The notes under the pieces: generated by a model
Told to the model about the DNA's origin: nothing
What the model saw: only the letters and a program-made list of their open reading frames with translations
Databases searched by the model: none
From: an uncultured Gemmatimonadales bacterium
GTDB lineage: Bacteria; Gemmatimonadota; Gemmatimonadetes; Gemmatimonadales; Gemmatimonadaceae
Length of the DNA: 64,000 bases
Direction of reading: 5' to 3'
Assembly (NCBI GenBank): GCA_963701965.1
Contig: OY969695.1
Span: 32,001-96,000, forward strand
Shown: positions 10,601 to 21,474 of the stretch, piece by piece
Layout of the letters: each line of letters begins with the position of its first letter
How positions within the stretch are numbered: the first letter of the stretch is position 1
Position numbers and translations under genes: made by a program

Positions 10601-12108
10601 AGCAGCCGCGCGTCAATGAAACGCCGCAGCAGCGCGAGCACGCGCCTCGGCAACTGCTCGACTAATGCACGTCGGCGCACGTAGGCACCCTCGGCCGTAA
10701 TCCGTACCAGCGTTGGCACGAACGCGGCATGCAGCGCTTCCAGGTCCTCGGTGCTTGGCTGCGCCTCGCCAACGATGCGCTCGGCCTCCTGCCGCACGGC
10801 GCCGTCGAGTCGGCCCACCGCTTCGTAGGCGGCCAGGGTAAGCCGGCCGTCGGCGCCGGTGCGCTCGTAGATGCGGCGCAGCGTGAAGGCCAGCAGCGGC
10901 AGCGCGTCCTGCGTGCCCATGTCGCCGACCATCGCGTCAATCAAGCCGGGGTCAAGTTGCAAGCCAGCTAGGACCGCTGGCCCGCGAATGATCTCGGCGA
11001 CGCTCGCCTGCCGCATCGGGTCCAGCGTCAGCGCGCGGTAGCGCAGGTGGTGACCGTAGTGCTTGTCCTGCAGCGTCGGCTGATTCTGGAACTCGGCTAG
11101 GAACTCCGAGCGCAGCGTCGCCACCGCCATGAGTCGCCGATCCCCGCTTTCCAGCGCGGCGCGAAGCAGACCCAGAAAACGCTCCGCAGCGGACTTCGGC
11201 GTGTACCCGAACAGTTCTTCGGCTTGATCGATGGTGAGCAGCACCGTGGACTCGGTCTGCCGCGCGGCGAGGCCGAGGTCACGCGCCATGCCGAGCAGTG
11301 CCGCGCCGTCGGGCGGTGTCGCGTCTGCCGCCTGAACGAGCGTGTCGCGCAGACTGCGCCAATCGCGGGGGCGCCCGTGCGCTTCGAAAGCCGTGGCCAG
11401 CGCTAGGGCCATTTCGTCCAGTGGCTCGACCTGCGGCCGCAGCGGCGGTATTGGCAGCCATTCCATGGGACGCTTCTTCAAGCGTGGAATCACGCCGGCG
11501 CGCGCCAGCGAAGACTTGCCGCTGCCCGAGGCACCCAGCAGCAGCACGAAGCGCGGAGCTTCGCCGCTTTCTCGCCTCAGCGCGTCGAGCGCCTCGAGGG
11601 TCTTGGCCAAAGCCTCGCCCCGGCCGAAGAAGATTGCCGCGTCCGCTTCGTCGAATGCGAGCAGGCCGGGGTAGGGAGGACGATTCGGGTCCCAGTCGAA
11701 GGCGTCCAATGGGTCGAGCCCACGCTCCAGTAAACCCAGGCGCAGCCGCTCGTAGCCTTCGTCTGCGCGCTGGGTCAGGTCGACGTGCTGCACGTCGCTG
11801 AACAGGCCGCCCAAGTCAACCGCCTCAACTTTGACAAAGAACACCGGCTTGCCGCGCTCGCGCGCTTGCACCAGTTCTGCGAAACACCAGCGCGACGCCA
11901 GCCATCCGGGCGACAGCAGCGCGATCACTGCCTGGCATTGGCGCAGCTTGCGGTAGAGGGTCTGCTCCCAACTCGCGCCGGCCTGGATGCCGGCACCGGG
12001 ATCGAAATCCAAGAACAGCGACGTGTGGCCATTCGCCTCAAGCCATGCCTTCATGCGCGTGGCGGCATCGTTGTCGATGCTGCTGTGGCTTATGAAGATG
12101 GCAGTCAT
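7662..12108 (-). CDS. TIR + nSTAND1 NTPase + hydrophobic helix + WD40-repeat protein, ~1480 aa, one frameshift near 10225
   Basis: IFISHS...WCFAEL (TIR), PYPGLLAF, GASGSGKSS (Walker A), IDQAEELF (Walker B), HEALL, many GH...WD-type repeats; removing one G at CTGGGCC joins EQTL to AAHAERRR. Confidence 0.9.
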
Positions 12109-12955
12109 GGACGGAGCTTAGCCGGGATGTCTTACGAAAAATAGGTCGCCAGACGTCAACGCCGCATCGCGGACTGTGGCGGCCGGCGGGAATTGCCGGA
12201 CCCGGCACATGAGCCGCGACAAGGCCTAGGGCGAGCTCGCACGCATATCGGACGATATTGAGCGACCCTGATCAGCGGGTACAACAGGGCGTCCTCGACG
12301 CGAAGGTCGCGAGGAGACACGGATCCCGCATTTGCTCGACAGGCAAGCGGCCAGGCGTGGAACGAAACCTCAAACGCGTACGGCACCAGCGCGAACGACG
12401 CGACTCGCCTGTCGTGGGACGCCACTCCAGCGCGCCATATGTGCGACCACCGGCTTGTCGCCGAGGCCGGCAAGCTCTAGAACTGCATGTCAGCAATACA
12501 GTGCGTTTGCGGGACCCTTGAGCAGAAGTACTGGCCGAACCTTGCTCGATCTGGCCCGAACGGACCTGTTTGAGCCTCTCGGACTGTCCTTGGAAATTGC
12601 GCAGCCTCGCAGCGCAAGCCGCTCGCATATAAGGGCTTGTTTATCACGCCGCAGGGTGCGGGCCAGTTCTATTCGTTGCCTAAGAAACATAAGCGCGTAG
12701 CAAGGCAAGCACACACTGCGACAAGCGCGTCATCGATGGCAAGGACACGCGGCGCAAGTCCCATATATTCATCGAGGCGTTCTGTTGTGCCGCGAGAGCG
12801 CTCACCCTATCATGTCTATCGAAGTGCTGAATGCAAACCTTCCTTGATTGCCTCTAATCACGCGCGCTGCTTTTCTGGGTAGCGCGTTTGTGCCACGGGA
12901 AACTTCTTGTGTCCTACCCAGCCATTCGCAGAATCTCATAGGGGGAGTCCAAGTC

Positions 12956-13822
12956 ATGGGAGATGCATTTTCTTTTGGTCGGCCATCTTCGCGCTGCTAT
13001 CTGACGCGGCTCTTTATTGGGGTACTAATTGCTGGCGCCGCCGGGATTGCCTTGCTTGTCCCTAAGGATGCCGTCGCGCAAGGATCGTACTATCGGCTCC
13101 AGTTGAAACAAGGTGGAACGTACCTTGATGCGGCGAACTGCTCCGACGACGTCGCGCTGCGTCCGGGGTCGACTTACGCGAATGGTGCCTGCCAACTCTG
13201 GCGCTTTGTCCCTGCTGGCGATGGCTGGGGCCGGCTCCAATTGCAACAGGGTGGAAAGTACCTTGACGCGGTGAACTGTTCGGACCGTGTCGCTCTGACT
13301 GCGGGATCGACCTACGCGAATGGTGGCTGCCAGCTCTGGCGCTTTGTCCCCGCCGGCGATGGCTGGGGGCGACTCCAGTTGAAACAGGGTGGAAAGTACC
13401 TTGACGCGGTGAACTGTTCGGACCGCGTCGCTCTGACTGCGGGATCGACCTACGCGAATGGTGCCTGCCAGCTCTGGCGCTTTGCCGCAGCCGGCAACCC
13501 TCCCGCAGCAGCCAACCCTCCGGCAGCAGCCCGCCCGACCGCGGCAGCCAACCTTCCCGTAGCAGCTCGCCCGACCGCAGCGGCCCCCTTGCCCGTCGTC
13601 AAGGTGGACGAGCAGTGCCGTTTTTATGCGAACAGCGCCGTGCAGCAGTTCAGGCTGACCGAAGGTCGGCGCGAATGCGGAGTTCGCCCGGAGGGCCGCT
13701 GGCAGCCCAACTACGACACCCACTACAACTGGTGCCTGACGATGGCGCAGAACGCTCGCACCGCGGAAACGGACGCACGCGACGCGTGGCTTTTCCGCTG
13801 CGGCGCAAAGGGGAAGCTCTGA
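12956..13822 (+). CDS. exported protein with 3 x 46-aa QxW (ricin-B/beta-trefoil-like) repeats, Pro/Ala linker and Cys-containing C-terminal domain
   Basis: GGGGGAG RBS; signal-like hydrophobic stretch; repeats [15 protein letters not shown]...CQLWRF. Confidence 0.8.
   Translation: MGDAFSFGRPSSRCYLTRLFIGVLIAGAAGIALLVPKDAVAQGSYYRLQLKQGGTYLDAANCSDDVALRPGSTYANGACQLWRFVPAGDGWGRLQLQQGGKYLDAVNCSDRVALTAGSTYANGGCQLWRFVPAGDGWGRLQLKQGGKYLDAVNCSDRVALTAGSTYANGACQLWRFAAAGNPPAAANPPAAARPTAAANLPVAARPTAAAPLPVVKVDEQCRFYANSAVQQFRLTEGRRECGVRPEGRWQPNYDTHYNWCLTMAQNARTAETDARDAWLFRCGAKGKL
13094..13485 (+). repeat. intragenic 138-bp tandem repeat, about 3 copies
   Basis: Units start at 13094, 13232 and 13370. Confidence 0.9.
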
Positions 13823-14213
13823 TACTGACTCGTGTCGTGAGGGCGGTCCTGTAGTGCAAGCTCAAGTTGCTGCTTCGCGGACCCGTCAAAGGGTCGAATG
13901 ACTGAGGCGTTCGCTGGAGCACCGCTGTGAGCGACCGCCGCGCTGTCGACCACTGCCGCAACAGACCGTTTGTGTTCTCGTTGCTGCTACGCTGCCATGG
14001 GCTCTGCGGATCGCAGAAGTAGACCTGGATGCCGTTCGCATTGGCCCACCTGCTAGCGGACGGTCATGTGCGCCCGCACTCGGCCAGACCTCGGCCGCAA
14101 GCGGTCGCCGCGCTCTTCTTCAGGCGCTCGACAGAGTCTATTTCGCTCTAGTTCACAGGACGCCGGTTGCGGCTGGTCCTGGTGGACTTTGGCGGCCCAA
14201 CGGGATCGAGCGA

Positions 14214-14226
14214 AATCAACGACTTA
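14214..14226 (+). promoter_or_regulatory. IHF consensus site within a GATCGAG...CTCGATC inverted repeat
   Basis: AATCAACGACTTA matches WATCAANNNNTTR. Confidence 0.6.
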
Positions 14227-14968
14227 GCGGCCTCGATCTCGACGGACTTTATTTGTCGTGATCAGTTTGTGCCGCGCGAACTCACTTGAGCGAGCAGCGA
14301 TTCAATCCTGTTGCAAAGAGCGTCGGCCTGATCGACAAGCGATCTGCCGACGCTTGCGCTCGCAGGCTTGCGAGTTGCGGCCTTGGCCGGAACGCGTCGA
14401 GCCTTCAACGTTGCAACCGTGGTTCGGGTGATTGCCGATTCCTTCCGGCAAGGGCCTTCTCCGGTCGCCGGCAGATTGCGTCCGATGACTGCAGACATGA
14501 TCGCCGCCGTCAGGGCGCTGTGGAGATCGGCCGCTCGGCAGCGGCATTGCACCAAGGTCCATTGTCCCTAAGCGAGGGATTGGTCTATGGCACAGTCCGC
14601 CAAGATCCGAGGAGGTCCGGGACTGTCCAGGACGCTCTCAGCCCGTCGCACTCTATTTCAACTTTCTGCGTAGAGAGCCTAGAGGAGGCGACACGATTGC
14701 TTCTAGGGTCGCGGACAGCGCGGCGTTCCAGCCGCATTCAAGAGCTGGACCGGCAGCGCACCTCTGGGCGTCCCGCTGCGGCGGGGTGCGAATCAGCAGG
14801 GCATTGAAGTGGTTCAGCGCAGGTAATGCGCGAGGTGCGTGGCCGAATAGATCGCCAGGCCGACGAGCCCACCCACGACCGTGCCGTTGATCCGGATGAA
14901 TTGCAGGTCGCGACCGATGTTGTGCTCGAGCTCGTTCGTCATCTCCGCCGCGTTCCACTCACTGACGC
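14221..14968 (+). repeat. 748-bp direct repeat, copy 2
   Basis: Matches 1731-2478. Confidence 0.95.
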
Positions 14969-16086
14969 GAGCGATGATGTACTGGCGGATGTCCTCGCGG
15001 TAGCGCTCGATCCAGCGCGGGGCCGCCGTCCGGATCTGCTCGTTGATCCAGCCCTGCATCGCAGCGTCGGCGCCGAGCTTTTCACCCAGCGAGCGCGTGC
15101 CAAGCGCAACCTGGCGGCGAAGACTCGATTCTGAGGCAGCCAGATCACTCTGCATCCACACGATCATCTGGCTCCACAGCCCATGCAGGTAGTCCGACAG
15201 CGCCGGGTGCGTGAGCAGCTCTCGCTTGAGCGCCTCGCCCTTCATGCGCAGCTCCGGATCGTGCTGCAGGCGGCCGATGAACTCGGCGACGAACTCGTCG
15301 AAGCGCAGACGCAGGGGATGCGCAGGATCGCTTCCCATCTCGCCGACGAGCCGGACGACTCCACTGACCATCATTTCGGTGGCGTAGCGGCCGGCGACTG
15401 CTGTCGAGGCCGACGAAGCGCAGGTACTTCACCTCCGCGGCGACGACCTCGGCGACCTCGGCCTTGATCGTTTCATCATCGAGCATGCGCGCGAGCTGCG
15501 ACAGCATGGCGTCGAGGAGACGCTGATGCCGCCGGTCCGCGGTGAGCACATCGAGGAGCTGACCGGCCAGGCGCGACATGTCGACCAGCTCGAGGCGGGC
15601 GACGACGGTGGCGCGGAAGAAAGCGCGGACCCGTTCGTCGTCGAGTACGCCGATCGCGTAGCGCATCGCCGCAGCGGCGTGCGACGCGAGGGTCTCCGCG
15701 TGGAGCGGGTCGGCGAGCCATGCGGCGAGGCGAGCTGCCGGATCGAAATGCGACAGCTTGGCGAGCACTTGCTCGGTGCTGAGAAAATTCGCGCAGATGA
15801 AGGTCGCGAGGTTCTCGCCGATCCGATCCTTGTTGCTCGGGATGATCGCCGTGTGCGGGATCGGGAGTCCGAGCGGGTGCCGGAACAGCGCCACCACCGC
15901 GAACCAGTCGGCGATCGCCCCCACCATCGCGGCCTCCGCGAATGCGGCCACATAGCCCCAGGCCGGATGGAGTGGAAGCAGCTCCGACGCCGCGACATAG
16001 ACAAAACCGGCCGCAACGAGCAGGCCGAGCGCGATGGCCTTCATGCGGGCGAGGTCGCCCGGGGGCACCCGCGTCCCTGCGGTCAC
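14814..16086 (-). CDS. DUF445 family membrane protein, frameshift near 15400
   Basis: AEAAMVGAIADWFAVVALFRHPLG...PHTAIIP; C-terminal GRDLQFIRINGTVVGG. Confidence 0.9.
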
Positions 16087-16172
16087 TGCCCGCGACCTCT
16101 GTCGCCGCCAATCAGCATGAGAGTTGTATGCATAGCGCTCTATCTTGATGACGTGGCTCAGTTGGGCGACGC

Positions 16173-17433
16173 TCACGTCGACTGTCCAACGCGCGCGCGC
16201 TCCTTGCGGATGGGTGAGACGTTGGTGGTGGCGTGCGACGGCCGATCCAGGAATTGGGCCCAAGCGCGCATGGCCTTGACCCGTTTCTCGAACAGGTCAC
16301 CGCGCCAATAAGCTTCCTCTGTCTTGTTTTCGAGTGTGTGTGCGAGCGCCATCTCTATGACTTCACGCGGGAAACCGGTGCACTCCGTGGCCCAGGTCTT
16401 GAACGTAGCGCGAGCCAGGCCGTGCGGCACGGCATCGACCTGCAAGCGGCGCACCGTCGCGGTCATCGCCATGTCGGACAACTGCCGACCGTTGCGCGAG
16501 CTCGGGAAGATGAGATCGTCGAGTTCACCTCTGGGCCTTGCGCGCAGCAGCCGGACGGCCGCCTCCGAGAGCGGCACGCGATGAGGCTTCTTCGCCTTCA
16601 TGCGTTCGGCCGGGACAGTCCATGCCTTGGCGTCGAAGTCGACCTCTCGCCACCTCGCGCCGCGGACCTCGCCAGATCGTGCCGCCGTCAAAATTGCGAA
16701 CTCGAGCGCCTGAGCGCTTTCGCCTTCGACGGCACGCAATCGCGCCATGAAATCCGGCATCTCGGAGTAGGGGAGAGCGGCGTGATGTTCTGCGTTCGCG
16801 ACCTTGCTCGGCGCCGGCAGCATTACTGCGAGATGACCCTTCCAGCGCGCCGGATTCGGCCCGGCGCGATAGCCGCGGACCGTCGCCCAATCGAGGATGG
16901 ATTCAAGCCGGCCGCGCAGGCGCACCGCGGTTTCGGTCTTCGTCTTCCAGATTGGCTCGAGGATCGCCATGAGGTGCGGCGTGTCGACGTCCTGCACGAA
17001 AAGCTTGCCGATGACCGGGTTCGCGAACGTCTCGATCGTTGTCCGCCATTGGCTCAGATGCTTGACATTGGCCCATTCGGGAGACCTTGATCTCGATGTA
17101 GTTCGCGGCGCATTCGGCGAACGTCTTGGACGCCGCGCGTGCGGCGACTGCAGCGCTCCTTGCGGCGTCCTTGGCGTCGATCGGATTGATGCCCTGGCGG
17201 ACGAGTTCTCGTGCGTCTCTTGCCTTCTGGCGGGCCAGCGCGAGCGGGACTTCCGGGAAGCTTCCCAGACCCATCTCGGGACGCTTTCCGGCGAACGAAA
17301 AGCGGAGCAACCAGCTGCGCGCTTCGCCAGCAATGTGCAGGCCGAGCCCTGGCACTTCGCCGACGGAATGAAACCCGTCGCGACGCAGTTTCGAGACCGC
17401 GAGCGCCGAAAGCGCCTTAGCCCGCCTAGGCAT
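16173..17433 (-). CDS. P4-like tyrosine integrase with N-terminal arm-binding domain, frameshift near 17085
   Basis: MPRRAKALSALAV..., EMGLGSFPEVPLALAR; catalytic region ILTAARSGE, HGLAR, EMALAH, AY; lies downstream of the tRNA 3' end. Confidence 0.92.
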
Positions 17434-17436
17434 TGC

Positions 17437-17480
17437 TATCCCACCAACGCACCAATTATCCCACCAACCTACCCTCCAAT
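17437..17480. repeat. putative integrase arm-type sites
   Basis: TATCCCACCAAC at 17437 and 17457, plus degenerate TACCCTCCAAT at 17470. Confidence 0.6.
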
Positions 17481-17494
17481 CGGAGGCGGATTGA

Positions 17495-17523
17495 AATATA
17501 CGGCTTCAAACGCCTTCGGACAA
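17495..17523 (-). promoter_or_regulatory. sigma70-type promoter for the integrase
   Basis: TTGTCC-N17-TATATT on the minus strand. Confidence 0.5.
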
Positions 17524-17604
17524 GTGATTCCTTGATTTACCGGGCGTAGAGGAGGGAATTCGGGACGTAGACGGACGTCTCTGGACTTGCTTGGACAGTC
17601 GTTT

Positions 17605-17694
17605 TGGCGGAGACGGTGAGATTCGAACTCACGGAGGGGTTGCCCCCTCGGCAGTTTTCAAGACTGCTGCCTTAGACCGCTCGGCCACGTCTCC
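17605..17694 (-). tRNA. tRNA-Ser (TGA)
   Basis: GGAGACGTGGCCGAGCGG...TCTTGAAAA...long variable arm...GTTCGAATC...CCGCCA, 90 nt. Confidence 0.97.
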
Positions 17695-17748
17695 TTGTCG
17701 CCGCCATCTTCGCACGATGGCGCCGACCCGCAGGCCGCCCGGCGTGCC

Positions 17749-19933
17749 TTAGAAGTTGGCCGTCAACGTCAGGCGCAGGCTGCGCGGCTCGACCGGATGG
17801 AAGTGGATGTCGTTCACGCCTCCGGCCGGCTCGCCTTTCAGGCGCGACGCGTAGTAGTAGTCGATGTCGCTCGCCTGGCGGTCGAACAGGTTGTAGACGT
17901 CGAGCGCGACCTTCACGTTCGGCGCGACCTTGTAGCCGAGACGCAGGTAGGCGAGCGTGGTCGCCCTCGAGCGCTGCGAGTCGTCCTCGATCAGCGGCCG
18001 CGGCCCGAAGTAGCGCAGCTGGAAATGGCCGAACCACGGGCCCGCGGTCGATCACGCTGACGCCGAACGAGACGACCTTGTCGACCGAGCCGGGAATGTA
18101 GCGGCCCGGCGTGTCGGGATCGTCGGTCGTGAAGCGCGCGTGCGATGCGGCGAGGTCGAGATCGACGAGCAGCCAGGGCGCGGCGGTGTAGTGGTTGTTC
18201 AATTCGATGCCGTAGCGCTGGCTCGGCCGGCTCGGCTCGGTGTCGCCGGCATCGCCCGAGAAGACGAGCTCCGAGCCGAGCTTGAGCTGCCAGAGCGCGA
18301 GCGAGCTCTGCAACCCGGGAACGGCCTCCGTGCGCAGGCCGAGCTCGCCGCCTTTCGAGCGGACGAGCAGCGGCGACGGCGTCGCGATCGCGTTCGGATC
18401 GGTCGGGTCGGCGGCGAATTCTTTCGGTTTGACGCGCTCGGTCGCGCCGCGCGCGTCGTTGCTGTGGAAGCCCCAGCCGTAGTTGACGAAGGTCTCGGTC
18501 TTCTGCCACGGGCCGAAGATCAGCGAGAGCTTGGGCGAGGCGAGGGTCGCGTGAGCTCTTGCCGGTGTTCTCCGGGATCGAGCTCGTGACGTCGACGTCG
18601 AAGCGATCGGCGCGCACGCCGGCGACGCTGCGCAGCCACGAGCGTCCACTCGAGCTGGTTGTCGGCGTAGACGGCGACGCCGGTCTCGCGCACCCGGCTC
18701 TCCTGCGTCGTCGCTGCGAACTGGCGCGCGACCGTGCTGTACAGGCCGACCGGATCGAGCCGGTCGTGGCGCAGCTGCAGGCCGAGCGTGGTCGTCGACT
18801 CGTGGCCGCCGAGCTTCATGTTCCAGCTGCGACTCGTCGCCAGGCCGAAGACCTTGCGTTGCTCGGCCTGCTGGAACTGGTCGCCGTCGATCGCTGCCGG
18901 ATCGAGATCGATCGGCTGCTCGAGGAAGAAGGTGAAGTTCGAGAAGAGGTCCAGCCTGGACTGGATCGCATAGGCGTTGAGGCGGAACTCGCCGTCGGCG
19001 AGGCGATGCGCGGTCTGCAGCGAGAGGCTGTAGCGCTCGGTGTTGCCGCCATCGCTCGGATCGATCGCGCCGAAGCGGCCGATCAGCCCCGAGTCGACGG
19101 CGCGCTGCGGGATCTGGTCGGTCGCGTTCCAGCCCGCCGAGTAGCCCATTGCGGTGAGCGACGAGCGATGGTCCGTCGCCGCCGAAGCTGTAGCGCAAGA
19201 CGCCGTTCAGGCGATGGAACTTCTCCGGGTTATCCCACGGGCCGTCGTCGTGCGCAGCCTCGATCGCGTAGAGCAGGTTGCCGTTGCCGACTGCGTTCGA
19301 GTTGGCGAGGAGGGCGCGGGCGTAGCGCCACTCGCCGAGCGTCGCCGAGGCAATCCCGCGCGGCAGCGTGTCGAAGAGATCGATGCGCGCCGTTCCGGCC
19401 GACGCGAAGTCGCCCTCTTCGGCGTAGTAGGGCCCCTTGCGATAGCGCAGGCGATCGACGAGCTCGGGCATCAGCCAGTTGAGGTCGCTGTAGCCCTGGC
19501 CGTGCGCGTGCGTCGGCATGTTGACGGGCATGCCGTCGACGAAGGTGGCGAAGTCGGTGCCGTGGTCGAGATTGAAGCCGCGCAGGTAGTACTGGTTCGC
19601 CTTGCCGTCGCCGCTGTGCTGCGTGACGATCACGCCGGGAACGAACTCGAGCACCTCGGCCGGCCGCAGCGTCGGCCGGCTCTCGATGAGCTTGGAGGTG
19701 ACGCTGCCGGCGCTCGCGGCATCGGAACTGCCGACCGAGTTGTTGTAGTTGCCGTTGATCTGCACCGGCGGCAATTGCTCGACGGGCGCCTGCGGCGACA
19801 ACGCTCGATTCAGGCGTGAGCGCTGGATCGGCGGCGCCCGCGACGGCGGGGGCGGCGAGGATGGCCGCGATCGCGACCGAGGTTCGCGCGAGAGCGGCGC
19901 AAGCAAGATTGGTTGCGAGTCACAGGGATCCAT
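17749..19933 (-). CDS. TonB-dependent receptor, several frameshifts, start approximate
   Basis: Plug motif VPGVIVTQHSGDGKANQYYLRGFNLDHGTDF; C-terminal LTANF. Confidence 0.9.
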
Positions 19934-20012
19934 CGCGATGACGTCGAAGACGCGTGCGCCGGGAACGGCGCCACGCGCAGGTCGCTTCGTTCAGCCGCGG
20001 ATTGCGGCTGCG

Positions 20013-20498
20013 TCAGGCGGAGCGGGGCGGTCGCTGCAGCGGTTCGGGGAAATGGCTCTGCGGCACCCAGGCACGTCGCGCCGCGAGGACGTCGTTCGGT
20101 GCCTGCGGCAGCCAGCCGGGCGCCTCGGGCAACAGCGCGACCAGAGCGGCCAGGCTCGCGCCGAGGCCGCCCTGGTCGGCGTCGAGGCCCTGTACGGCTT
20201 CTCCCGGCGCGAGATTCACGCTCGCGTCGCCGACAGCGTGGTGATGGCGCAGGGTCGAGGCGATGCCGTGGGCATGGCCATGGCGCTCGACGGCGCGCTC
20301 GCTTGTCGCAACACGCGACGGGCCGCGCCGGAAATCGTCGAGGACGACGATCGTCGCGGTTGCCTTGTGGCTGTGCAGCGGGCCGAGGGTGGCGAAGACC
20401 GAGCTGCCGATGCCTTGCAGGCCGATCAGGAGCGCCAGAGCGCCGAGGATGAGACGGCGCGAGCCGACACTCGGTGTGCGAAAGAGAAGAGGTAGCAC
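20013..20498 (-). CDS. His-rich DUF2946-like protein upstream of the TonB receptor
   Basis: N-terminal hydrophobic helix, HGHAH...HHH, C-terminal PEPLQRPPR. Confidence 0.65.
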   Translation of the reverse strand: MLPLLFRTPSVGSRRLILGALALLIGLQGIGSSVFATLGPLHSHKATATIVVLDDFRRGPSRVATSERAVERHGHAHGIASTLRHHHAVGDASVNLAPGEAVQGLDADQGGLGASLAALVALLPEAPGWLPQAPNDVLAARRAWVPQSHFPEPLQRPPRSA

Positions 20499-20556
20499 GC
20501 GTCGAATATCTCGAGCCGATGCGTCATCTACGCGACAAGGCGTCGGGCGGATGCAC

Positions 20557-21379
20557 CTAGCCGTGGCGCTGCGCGGCTTCGCAATCGACCTGGATCAGCT
20601 CGCGCCGTCCGCCGTCGATGCGCACCGCGCTGAGCTTGCCACCCCAGACACAGCCGGTGTCGAGGCCAAGCAGGTCGCTGCGCTCGACCAGGCCGAGCGC
20701 AGACCAGTGGCCGAACGCGATCGGCGTTGCCGGCGGTCTTTCGCCCTGGCGCGTCGAACCAGGGGAAAAAGCCCGGCGGCGCCGCGTCGGCGCCATCCTT
20801 GGTGCGGAACTCGAGCGTCCCGTCGGCGGCGACGAACCGCGCGCGGGTGAGGGTGTTGAGCGTGAACCGGAGCCGGTCGTCGCCGCTCAGCGACTCGCTC
20901 CAGCGCAACGGCTCGTTGCCGAACATCGCCGCCAGAAACTCGCGGCCCGGACGCTGGCGCAATTGCGTCTCGAGCTCGGCCGCGAGCGCGAGCGTCGTGG
21001 CGAGATCCCACTGCGGCACGACGCCGGCGTGGAGCATCAGCCAGCCCTGCTCGTGAACGGCCATCCGGCGCTGGCGCACCCAGTCGAGCCAGGCCTCGCG
21101 ATCGGGCGCGTCGAGGATGTCGTCGAGGGTATCGCTGCGATGGCGCGGTCGGACGCCGGCGGCGACGGCAAGGAGGTGCCAGTCGTGGTTGCCGAGAACG
21201 CAGGTCGCGGCGCTGCCGAGGCCGCGCAGCTGGCGCAGGGTGCCGAGCGAGTCGGGGCCGCGGTTGACCAGGTCGCCGAGGACGTACAGATGGTCGCGCG
21301 ACGGCGAGAAGGCGATCGCTGCCAGCAGCCGTTCGAGCGCCCCGGCGCAGCCCTGGATGTCGCCGACCAGGTAGTTCAT
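20557..21379 (-). CDS. apaH: symmetrical bis(5'-nucleosyl)-tetraphosphatase, frameshift near 20730
   Basis: [38 protein letters not shown]. Confidence 0.93.
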
Positions 21380-21474
21380 GCGGTGCCTGCGCGGGCAGCG
21401 AGCGGAGTCGGCGACGGGGCGGGCATGAACGCGATTCTGCTACGCTGACCCCCCGACTACGCCCGCGCCCGCGC

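Noticed and set aside
13094..13485. Regularly spaced repeats as a CRISPR array
   Set aside because: In-frame 138-bp coding repeats with no unique spacers and no cas genes
3612..14110. Classical integron with attC sites
   Set aside because: The integrase is P4-type, genes are in mixed orientation, and RYYYAAC...GTTRRRY ends were not evident
1..17604. Direct-repeat attR for the tRNA-Ser island
   Set aside because: Only an 8-bp match (TTTGGCGG near 14188) was seen; the true end is probably outside the window or lost
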